A stretch of DNA of 64,000 bases from positions 92,158,514 through 92,222,513 of the forward strand of contig NC_068990.1 of NCBI RefSeq assembly GCF_001194135.2. Direction: 5' to 3'. This DNA is from Octopus bimaculoides (lineage: Eukaryota). Below are positions 22,101-33,733 of the stretch, in pieces; positions within the stretch are counted from its first letter, which is position 1, and each line of letters starts with the position of its first letter. Made by a program: the position numbers and the translations under genes. The notes below the pieces were generated by a model, which made no database searches, was not told the origin of the DNA, and was given only the letters and a program-made list of their open reading frames with translations.

Positions 22101-25089
22101 ATGTAAAAGGCACCCAATACTCTCTGTAAGGTGGTTGGCATTAAGACGGGCATCCAGCCATAGAAATCTTGCCAAAATAGACAACTGGAACCCAGTGCAG
22201 CTCTCCGGCTCTGCTGGTTCCTGTCAAACCAGCCAACCTATGTCAGCATAGAAAACGGATGTTAAATGACATATATATATATATATGCACACACACACAC
22301 AACTGGCTGCTTTCAGTTCCATGTACTGAACCTCCTAAGGTTTTAGTTGTTAAGGGGCTGTAGAAGAAGACACTTGCCCAAGGTGCTGCACAGTGAGATT
22401 GAGCCAGAGACCACATGGTTGGGAAGCAAGCATCTCAACTACACAGCTGCACCTGTGCCTATACATCTCTTTGATATTTATGCTGACAGACATCTCTCAC
22501 CTCTGCCAACTAAGATCATCATTTCTCTCTCTCTCTCTCTCTCTCACGTGCAATAGACATGTAGCCCAAGTTCAATCAGTGCAGCCAACTCCGCCTCCAG
22601 TATGGCTGCAACCCACAGCTACTTACTACCAGTCAAAAAAAAACATATACAGAACAAATAATAATTCTTCTGTCAACTTAAGGTAGATAAAAATCAGAAA
22701 TACCCCTTCNNNNNNNNNNNNNNNNNNNNNNNNNNNNNNNNNNNNNNNNNNNNNNNNNNNNNNNNNNNNNNNNNNNNNNNNNNNNNNNNNNNNNNNNNNN
22801 NNNNNNNNNNNNNNNNNNNNNNNNNNNNNNNNNNNNNNNNNNNNNNNNNNNNNNNNNNNNNNNNNNNNNNNNNNNNNNNNNNNNNNNNNNNNNNNNNNNN
22901 NNNNNNNNNNNNNNNNNNNNNNNNGTTAAATAATTTTTTCAGTAGAATTTTTCAAATGTGGTTGGATGAATTAAAGAATTCATATAATATTTATGAAGAA
23001 TAATTTTAGTGATGATAATAACTGCATTCATAGTCAGACAGATCTCGACTATTTGTTAATAAAATATTTGCATATCCATAGAAATAATAGATAGGATCTT
23101 CTTTTCTTTATTTTAATATATGAGATTTTAAGGCAGCGAGCTCGCAGAAACATTGGTACGCCAGGCGAAATGCTTAGTGGTATTTCGTCTGTCTTTACAT
23201 TCTGAGTTCCAATTCCACCAAGGTCAACTTTGCCTTTCGTCCTTTCGGGGTCGATAAATTAAGTACCAGTTGCATACTGGGGTCGATCTAATCCACTGGC
23301 CCCCTCCCCCAAAATTCCGAGCTTTGTGCCTAGAATAGAAAAGAATATATCTGAGGTGTTATTTTTAATATTTGTATGTTTATTTTTTCTTTAACTTGTA
23401 TCCGTTGGTTTGTTTAACTTATTTAGTTATGATGCATAAGGAGTAAAACCTGGACTCTGCAGAAGGAGCTTTTTGATTGCCATGAGGGTTCATACATCAG
23501 GCTTTCCATATCAAAGCTCAAAACATCTTATGGCTTGAGCACAAGACATTCATGGATACATTCCATCAGCTCTGCTGTTGTTGCTTGATGCAAGATAAGC
23601 TCTGCTTGCCACTTCTATCGTGCTGAGCAAAGAACAAGCCATACCAAATGTTATATTCTAGAGACTTCCACACCCTAACAGAGGATGGAGACCATTTAAT
23701 AACAGTGATGCTATTGGCAAAGACACATAACATGAAATTGAAGATCTACCAAAGCTAATGGGGGACAGATTTCTGATGTAGTGTAGTCAAACATTTGGTT
23801 GTAGAAAGCTAAAAATGTTTCCATTAATCGTATAATCGCTAAAGTTCCTCCTTAAAACAGACCATATTTGGTCTGTTTTATAAATTTTCACATCGCAGTT
23901 GATAATGGCCAGTAAAAAGTTTTGACAAGATTTAGTAAAAATAATTTTTTCTGGTAAAATTTTATATATACTGTGGTTTGTTAGTGCTTAAAGCTTCAGC
24001 TAAAACCAAAACATGCATGATGTGCAGCTGGAACTAATTTCTCATTTCTTCAAATTCTAACTTTATATAAAAGTTCATATTTACATATCTTAAAAGAAAT
24101 TTTCCATATTGTTTTACATTTCGATTGATATTTTTCTAATTACACCTACGTCATAACAGAGTTAGTTGCTCTTCCTAATCATGGTCTAAGGAAATGTTGT
24201 TCAGAGTAACGTCCCTTGTCTACGGATGTTCCTGTTAATATCTTGAAGTTTTTGATAATTAATGTAATAGGTTTAATGATTATTTTCCTCTATCTAGCTG
24301 AGATATTCTTACTTTCTTGTTCACGTTTTTCGAGATTTTATATCCATTCTTCAGTGAAACAAGTAGGCGTTGATATAGTTGTTTGTATATTGTCAGAAGA
24401 ATTAAATTTTTGTGTTCTTAGCTTACTGATAACCGTTCAACAGTGAAGTGAGCCAATAAGGGAACCTCTCCAGGCATCACTTTCTGGCTAGAAACAGCAG
24501 CCAAATCTCATTCTATTGTCTTAAGGAAAATGAAGACATTTGATAATGTAGTCTAGAATGCAATATGTCAGAATAAAAATGGGCTGGAACCTCTCCTATC
24601 TTTGGTCCATTGAATTATGGCTAATCTGGGATCAAACAACAAAAAGCACCAGTGAGATAAAAGTGGAACATGTTGCTCATCTGACAAACAGAGTTAACAC
24701 AGAATGTCTGCTGTAGGTTTTGAACTCAGAACCATAACCACACAGCCAGTGAATTGAAATTAATACTGAAAATATTTTGTATATTTTAAAATAAATCCTT
24801 AAAATACAGAAACAATATTCTTTGATACTAGATTTTCTGTTAGAGGCCACAGCTGTCTGTGATAACTTAATCACATAAAGTTGTTATATCATACAATGAA
24901 AGACCACAAATTTATAGTGTGATGTAATAGTTTTATTTTCTCAAAAATGTATTTTGTAATTTTGCAGGAGAATTCCTGGCACAGAGATCTTGGCAGGGTT
25001 TGCAGCCACAACTCGGTGAGACCCCAGTTACCAAGGCAGTCGAGGGCAGCAGTGGTATCGCTTGGAAATATTCCCATGAATGTTCATAA
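14830..25089 (+). CDS. DPH2: Diphthamide biosynthesis protein 2 (2-(3-amino-3-carboxypropyl)histidine synthase subunit 2); first exon tentative
   Basis: Exons 16661-16832, 17542-17654, 18302-18522, 19218-19874, 21336-21509 and 24968-25089 (TAA) chain in frame, with a tentative first exon 14830-14849 giving 492 aa. DPH2 motifs: [72 protein letters not shown] and [14 protein letters not shown]. The C-terminal DVSLITG/RSWQGL tail distinguishes it from DPH1. Confidence 0.95.
16849..17033. mobile_element. Inverted duplication of the family H 3' tail in DPH2 intron 2
   Basis: Arms 16849-16952 and 16958-17033. Flanking direct repeat AAGGCAAACT at 16835-16844 and 17037-17046. Confidence 0.8.
18788..18922 (-). 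mobile_element. Family H 3' fragment
   Basis: Same tail and hammerhead-like segment (18832-18877), abutting a family R tail. Confidence 0.8.
22710..22924. other. Assembly gap (215 N) inside the last DPH2 intron
   Basis: N run. Exon phases on either side are compatible (phase 1 to phase 1), so no exon has to be missing. Confidence 0.99.
23131..23347 (+). mobile_element. Family M SINE copy
   Basis: Near full-length match to the 30238-30464 copy. Confidence 0.8.
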
Positions 25090-25110
25090 CAATTTAATAG
25101 ATATATATTT

Positions 25111-25116
25111 AATAAA
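25111..25116 (+). terminator. Candidate DPH2 polyadenylation signal AATAAA
   Basis: First AATAAA after the DPH2 stop at 25089. Confidence 0.5.
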
Positions 25117-25870
25117 CAAAATATTTGATAAAATTAAATTCTTTTCTCTGACAGAAAAAAAAAAATCTAACAACGAACAGACATTCTAATGTCTAATAAC
25201 CATTTGTTTTACAGACACAGGTTCCAGTGTTGCAGGGAAGAACAAGCAGGAATTTGAATCATCTACACTATATTACTGGAGATTTGAACTAACAAGTTAC
25301 ATTAAATACTATTAACATGATAGAACCATTACTTTACTGTTTCAGCAAACACATTCAAAGCTGACCGAGACTGTATTTTCAACTTCAGAGTTCAAATTCT
25401 GTCAGAGCCAACCTTTTGTCTTGCTTAGGTCAACAAAATAACAGTAGAGCCAAAGGAGCTTCTATAAAGTTCTTGACTTGCTAAAAATAGCAGCCAAATC
25501 TCCCTTAAACTATATCCTACCACCTCGAAAAAATAAAAACATTGGACAATGTAATCTTGGCTCTACAAAAATACTAGATGGTCATGGCTAGAATGTATTT
25601 GATCATGGGTCTGTTTGATTGTCTAAATAACAACAAATAACTAAGTACCAGTAATGTAGCAAGATTGATTCAATTTGTTGAATCCCTTCTTAACAAGGCT
25701 TTCTCATTTCTTAAACACTCCTTTTTTTCTTTTTTACATGATTTACAAATATTTCACTGAAATGTTGTTACTTTGTCATAGAAGAACAGATGGCAGAATA
25801 AAAAACATTTGCTTCAACTCCATCTTCATGTTTCAGGGGCCGAAAATAACCATCAAAGTTATGCATCCGT

Positions 25871-28800
25871 TTAACGAGTAAATTGAGGACCTTTAAGGAG
25901 TTCTTTGGCCCTTTCTGATGACCAACCTTGGTTCTTTAAGGGTCCATCTGTGATTTGGATGAATGTTTCTAAAGCTGTTCTTCCTTCGGATATGACATCA
26001 ATTGATCTGTCGACGCCTTGGCTTGTTTCTGTGCCACATGACTGTAGATACCAGTTACACAGGTCACCTTTGTACATCAAACTCAGAAGATGGGTGTCCG
26101 AATAAATACCTGCAGAGAAGGATGAAAATCAACAGTTTCAGATTGGTAGAAAATGAGAAGTTGTGGTGACATTTCTTAAATGTTTTAACCAGTGACGTGG
26201 GTCCTGAATGCAGAGGACAGGTAAAGGCTGGAGAGAAACGAAGCTGATATGCTCCAATGGATGTGCGACAAAGCATTGGTGTATTGAGGGAGAAGTTGAA
26301 CACGAGGAATTAGATGCAGTGTGCGACATGCCATGCTTGAGGAGACCTATTGAGTCAAGTATATCAAATCAAATGGAAATCGCAGTTGTGACCCACATGC
26401 CGGTAGCACGAATAAAGCACCATCCGAACATGGCGAATGCCAGTGCCGCTTTGAGGGGCTTCCATGCCGGGAGCACATAAAAAGCACCATCCGATCATGG
26501 TCAATGCCAGCTCCTCTGGCCCCTGTGCTGGTGGCATGTAAAACGCACCCATTACACACTTGGAGTGGTTGGCATTAGAAAGGGCATCCAGCTGTAGAAA
26601 CATTGCCAGATCAGATTGGGGCCTGGTGCAGCCTTCTGGCTTCCCAGACCCCAGTTGAACCGTCCAATCTATGCCAGCATGGAAAACGGACGTTAAACAA
26701 TGATGATGATGACAATGGCATCAAGTAGACTTAATTTTAAAATACAATGAATCTAATCACTTTCATCATTCTGCTAACAAAACATTATCCACCAAAAATG
26801 TTTAAAAGACAATTCCTACCTTTTTTGATTAAATTAATAGTGTGCTGGCAGTTACTTTGGAATTCCTCATTATCCTGGCATTTTCTCACCAGAAACATCT
26901 TCGACAGATAATGAATTCCTTTCAAAAGATTCTGAAAGAAAAGATGGATGAAAGATTTTTAACTACTTCCACAATGTGCAAAAAAATCATTAAATCTTTT
27001 TGTCAACTTCAAGAATATGTAGAATGAAAATTATATTTAAAATGCCACACAAGAGGAGACAGCTTTCTCTCTATGTTCAACTATTACTGAGGTTGTGACG
27101 TTTTCTTTCATCAACCTAAGATATAAAAAAAGCACCCTACTGATCCTATTTAATCAATTATATTTCCTAATGTGTCTAGATTAATGTTCTCCAGTGTGGG
27201 AGGCTAAATGTCCTGTAATATATTATTTACAATTTGATGGATATTTATCCTCATCTTGTTTGTTGTTAACTCAATGTTTCAGCTGATATACTCTCCAGCC
27301 TTCATCAGGTTTCTTGGGGAAATTTCGAACCTGGGTTCTCATTCCTAAGGTATTTTTCGATGTTATTGTTATTATTATTCAGGAATCGAACTCGGAATCT
27401 TGGGGTTAGTAGCCCACGCTCTTAACCACTACACCATATGCCCATGGTGTAGTGGTTAAGAGTGCGGGCTACTAACGCCAAGATTCCGAGTTCGATTCCT
27501 GAATAATAATAATATTGAAAAATACTTTGGGAATAAGAACCCAGGTTCGAAATTTCCCCAAGAAACCTGATGAAGGCTGGAGAGTATATCAGCCGAAAGG
27601 TTGTGTTAACAACAAATAAGATGAGGAGAAATATCCGTCAAATGTAAATTCCTCTTCTCTTAAATACAGAACTGTCCTGTAATATGATGGAATGGTAGAC
27701 TAAATGCCCTATGGTATGGTAGAGCTGATGGAGTGGCAAGTTAAATGCTTTATAGTATCTGATTGTGTCTCTTTATGTTTGGAATTCAAATTCCTTGTCA
27801 TTCATTTCTGCAAGGATGTTAAATACCAAGGGACAGGCTAATTAACAAGCAGTGACTCTACTAACAATAAAGTTTCTTATCTATGGCTGACTGCACATCA
27901 AACTAAACACACTGTAGTAGTATTTGAACCATAAACCATCTCACCTGATCAAACATGTCTCTTGTTCTATTCCGTCTCTCTGCATCATCGTTAACAGTAC
28001 TGCAGTACATGTACAGCAATGCACCCTGGCGCCAACAGATGCATTCATATATTTCTGCACCTAAGATCTCACCAACCTTCGATGTTAAATAAAAAAATGT
28101 ATAGAAATGATTAAATATGAAAACAGAATTATCAATAACTTGTTGCGGAAGGAGGGCTAAGTACAAGTGATGGATGAAAGCTACCACACAGCTGAATAAC
28201 GAGAGAAAAACAATTATTCAAGATTCTAGGTTTACTAATAATTATAATTATTTCTAATTTCAGTACAAGGCCAGTAATTTTGAGGGTTGGATGCTAGTGT
28301 TTACCATCAAACCCAGTACTTGATTGGTACTTATTTTACAAACCCAGAAAGGTTGAAAAACAAGGCCAACCTTGACAAAATTTGAACTCAGAATGTAAAA
28401 TTCAGGGACAGATATTGCAGTTTTTTCTGATGCTCTAACAATTCAGCCAAGTTGCTGCTTTATACGATAATGACAGTAATGGTTTGTGATTTAGCTACAA
28501 GACCAGCAAATTTAAAGAGGCCAGTGCTGCCTGACTGGCTCCCATGCTGGTGGCACGTAAAAAGCACCATTCAAGCATGGTCGATGCCAGTACCGCCTGA
28601 CTGGCCCTCGTGCTGGTGACCACTAAGCACTTCGCCTGGTTTGCTAACGTTTCTGCCAGCTCACCAGGTATTGAAAGGCTAAAGTAGGAGAGAGAGACAA
28701 GCACAGATGTCTCGTTATAGAGGGGATACATCGGCACCCCTCATTGTATAAGGGTGGGTGAGAGTAATAAAGATGGAGATAATTATTATGATAATTGAAT

Positions 28801-29246
28801 AAATTTTTAATTAATACCAGAATTATCTGTCTTACCTGTTCTTGAGGAAACAATTCCTGACACAACTCCACTGGTTTTTCAAGTTGTTCTGAAACAAATG
28901 ATCACTTTGAATAAACAGCAGGATATATTATTATCATTATTATTATTAGAGAGAGAGAGTGTGTGTGTGTAATTATACATGTTATTGTTATTTCTCATAA
29001 ATCTGAGAGAACAAAGAAGGAAGTCCGGAATACTTACTCAGTAGATCTCTCACCTTCTCTTCACTAGAATGTTCTGGAAAATCTGTTTTTGTCAGGATAG
29101 ATTCTGTGTAAAAAGTGAAATCAAGCATAGCCTGAAATCAGTTTAGAAAAAGAAGAAAAAAAGAACAGTTCCACTATAAATCTATGTGTATTAACATGTG
29201 TATTTGTGTGTGTGTGAGTGTATATATGTAGCTATGGATGTATCTC

Positions 29247-29282
<36 letters not shown>

Positions 29283-32200
29283 CACACATATATATATACA
29301 TACACATACAAACACACCATTATTGTTGATTCAGTTCCATTATGAATGCACATGTATTAATATAGCTATATTTATTTATTTGTACATCTCATAGGCACAC
29401 AGTTACATTCAGTTTTGCTATCAATGCATGAATTTATATAAGAGGCATAAATAAACAACAGACAAACCAATGAACAAAAACCATCACAGAAATGGCAACT
29501 AATTAGGAAGAACAAGAAAGATACAACATAACAAAATCAACAAATACTGAACCACCATTAACTGGTTACATCAAGTAAGGGACCAAAAGTTGGCAACAGC
29601 AACATTGAGGCTTTCATCCAGCAGTAGACCAACAACAGCTATCATCGGTAACAAGATGTGGTAGATATGCTTTAGGATGTATAAATGTATTCACAAATAA
29701 TTAAAAAGTACATTATTTACATTTGATGAATATTTGTCCTCATCTTGTTTGTTGTTAACACGTTTCGGCTGATGTACTCTCCAGCCTTCATCAGGTGTCC
29801 TGGGGCAATTTCGAACCTGGGGTCTCATTCTTAAGATATTTTTTCGATGTTATTATTGTTATCATTATTATTCAGGTCAATGCCTGGAATTGAACTCAGA
29901 ATCTTGGGGTTAGTAGCCCGTGCTCTTAACCACTACGCCATATTCTCGTGGCAAAGTAGCATTGAAGATCTTGACTATGTTTTAACCAGTGAGAGAGTTT
30001 CTTAGAACTCAATAAATATACACAATGTAACAGTCAAATGTTCCACAATATAATCCTTACACTCTTTAAAATGAGAACCACTGGAAACAGGGAGGGAATT
30101 AATCAGTCAATGTCACTTTATAATTAAATTATTAATTAATTTCCTTTCACTCAGTGTTTTTTTACAAACATTTCTAAACAGTAAACCAAATACCACAGAA
30201 CCAGTAATCAATAACGAAGGCAATACTTCTACCAAGTAGGCGGGGGGAGCTGGCAGAATCGTTAGCACGCCGGGCGAAATGCTTAGCAGTATTTCGTCTG
30301 ATGCTACATTCTGAGTTCAAATTCCGCCGAGGTCGATTTTGCCTTTCATCCTTTCGGGGTCGATAAATTAAGTACCAGTTGCGTACTGGGGTCGATCTAA
30401 TCGACTGCTCCACCACCCCTATCTCCCAGAATTTCGGGCCTTGTGCTTAGAATAGAAAAGAATATTTTTATCAAGACTAACACAGCAAGCACATCCGAGT
30501 TGTTTCCCTTGCTAACCTGGCCTAACAATTATGTTAACCTAGAATAGTTTTGTTCACAACTTCAACTCCCAAAGCAGCTTGGAAATGGCCAAAAATGTAT
30601 GAGAACATTGTTGGTATAAAGTGTAGACATAATGACAGCAGCACACTTGCCCGAGCCCCTGCCCACTGACTCCAAGAAGAAGCATATTAGTGCCACAAAA
30701 GATTGCTGAATGAGGAAAATGTAAAGGAGGGAGAGAACCTACCAAGTACACCAGGCAGAGATAGAGACCAGCTATTGAAATTGGCAGGTGTAAAATTAAA
30801 ACTACAATTAATGACATGAAGGCAAGGAAAGCAATATGTAGATTTTCAATACACATACATATGTACGTACATTCATACATACATACAAATGAATGTATGT
30901 ATGTATACTGAAAATATTAACAGTTAATTTTCAGTGTATTGTTGAGACATGGCAAGAATAACAAGTTGAAAAAAATATGGATTTAAGTTCATAATAAAGA
31001 AAATGTAAGTCATCTTTACAAACCTTAGCAAAGAGCTGAAGCTGATGTTTCAACGAGATATTCCCAGACAATCCTTCATTACACATCAGACTGCATCTAG
31101 ACAAAGTTTCATTCTTTTCTAAACACAAAAATACAAGATAAATTTCAGTGTTAAACATCTTAAAAGACCTTTTAATAATTTGTTATATGTTTGAAGAAGT
31201 GCCACTCCCAAACAGTGGAAGGAATCTGGGGTAGAGGGAGACCCAGGGAGACATGGGATGAGTTGGTGAAGCATGACCTTCGAATGTTGGGCCTCACAGA
31301 GGCAATGACAAAAGACCGGAACCTCTGGAGGTATGCTGTGACTGAGAAGACCCGGCAAATAAAGTGAGTCCACAGCTGTAACCTACACCAGTGTCACATA
31401 ACCAGCCCACTCAAAAGTACCTTGGATCGTAGGGTGACATGCTGTGCTTGAGGAGACCCATTGAGTCAAGTACATCAACATCAAATGGAAATTGCAGTTG
31501 TGATCCCTGTGCCGGTGGTATGTTAAAAGCACCATCTGAACGTGGCCGATGCCAGCGCTGCCTTGACTAGCTTCCGTGCCGGTGGCACGTAAAAAGCACC
31601 AACCGATCGTGGCCATTGTCAGCCCCATCTGGCAGCACATAAAAAAGCACCGACTACACTCTCGGAGTGGTTAGCGTTAGGGAGGACATCCAGCTGTAGG
31701 AACACTGCCAGATCAGACTGGAGCCTGGGGCAGCCTCCTGGCTTCCCAGAGCCCAGTCGAACCGTCCAACCCATGCCAGCATGGAAAACGGACATTAAAC
31801 GATGATGATGATGATGATGTGTGTGTGGAGAGAGGTATAGCTGGAGATGTAGCCATGGTTGTGTGTTTCAGAAGTTCACCTCCATACTGTTCGGTTATGG
31901 GTTCTGTTCTGCTGCATGATTACCTAATGCTAGAATCTCAAATTACAGCAACATTCGTCCTAAACCAGGACTGCCATGTTATGTTGGCAAACAATCTTTA
32001 CTACAAAGTACTGTTGCTGAATATCTCTCATTGTGAGATTTACAAATAGTAATTTTCTAATTAACAGTTTTGGTCTAAACTGAGAATGGAACAAGTCAAA
32101 GTTACACTCCCTTGGTATGCTGCATGATGCTACAGAGACACCTGTTTGTCACTTTAACTCCATTATTTCTTCCACTTTATACAACGGCACTGCCTAAGTG

Positions 32201-32519
32201 CAGCTGCAAGCACTCAGCTCAAATTACTGGCTAACTGTGAACATGTGACAATAGCACTATATTTACATTGGTAAGTAGAATCAAAATTTATATTAAACTG
32301 AAGTGTACATGGATGTTATATTCATGATAAATAAATAACTGATTAATTACAATAAACATGAAGCACAGTCTGTGTTCAACAAGGTTACTTTGCAACCACA
32401 TGGTTTCAGCTACATTGCCACTGCACGGCACCTTGGGTAACTGCCTTCTACTCTAGCCCCAAGCAAACCATTGCCCTGCAAGTGAATTTGGTAGACAGCA
32501 ACTGTGAGGATATGTCATG

Positions 32520-32550
<31 letters not shown>

Positions 32551-33697
32551 CATCATCATTTAACGTCCGCTTTCCATGCTAGCATGGGTTGGACGATTTG
32601 ACTGTGGACTGGTGAACCGGATGGCTGCACCAGGCTCCAATCTGATCTGGCAGAGTTTCTACAGCTGGATGCCCTTCCTAATGCCAACCACTCCCGGAGT
32701 GTAGTGGGTGCTTTTATGTGCCACCAGCACGAGGGCCAGTCAGGCGATACTAGCAATAGTCACGCTCAAATGGTGTTTTTACGTGCCACCTGCACAGGAG
32801 TCAGTCCAGCAGCACTGGCAACGCCCATGCTCGAATATTGTTTTCCACATACCACTGGCACAAGTGCCAGTAAAGCAATGCTTATAATTATCACTGTTCG
32901 ACTAAAACCCTGCAAGGTAGTGCCACAGCATGGTCGCTGTCCAATGACTGAAACAAGTAAAGGATAAAAGTGGATTTTTAAATTGTTTTTCCAGATTTCC
33001 TGAACGTGCCACACGTCTCACAACACCACGTGGATATTGGAACCGTACACGCATGGCTATGTATGTGGTTAAGAGATTCGTTTCGCAACTACACAGTTTT
33101 GGTTTCAGTCCCACTACGCAACACCTGGGGCAGGTGTCTTCTTACTATAATCCCGAGTTGACCAAACTTTTGTGAGTAAATTTGATAGGCAGAAACTATA
33201 TGGAAGGCCAGTCTCTCTCTCTCACACATATACACACATATATATATATATATCTGCACGTGTGTGCGCGTCTTTATATTGGTCCCCACAGCACTGAGAC
33301 AGTCGGTTTGTTTACGTCCCAATAAAGTAGCGGTTCGGCCAAAGAAAGCGATAGAATATGTAACAGACATTAAAAGAATAAGCAATTAGATCAATTTGTT
33401 CAACTAAACCCTTGAGGGTGGTACCTCAGCATGGTCTCAGTCCACTTATTGAAACAAGTGAAGAAAAGAATAAAGTGTGTGCGTGTGTGAGCGCGCGCGT
33501 GTGTGTATATATATATATATATATGTATATAATACAAATAATATGTGAGTATATGCATATATACGCACATGTATGTACATACCTACATCTACATGCATAT
33601 ATAGATGCATATCTGGGTGCAGGACGTTACAAAAAACGTGGACAAAATGAGAAACAGAACATAAACAGAACACAGAAAACACACAGGTCACATAGAG

Positions 33698-33733
<36 letters not shown>

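Noticed and set aside
23400-23800. Coding-looking stretch in the last DPH2 intron
   Set aside because: No open frame and no motif I can assign; probably an old TE fragment, but unsupported.
25214-25292. Extra DPH2 3' coding exon after TTTTACAG
   Set aside because: DPH2 already ends with its conserved C-terminus and stop at 25089, and the translation shows no recognisable homology.
27444-27500. tRNA gene
   Set aside because: Has A and B boxes and an anticodon-like arm but no acceptor-stem pairing, and it continues into a repeated body. It is a SINE head.
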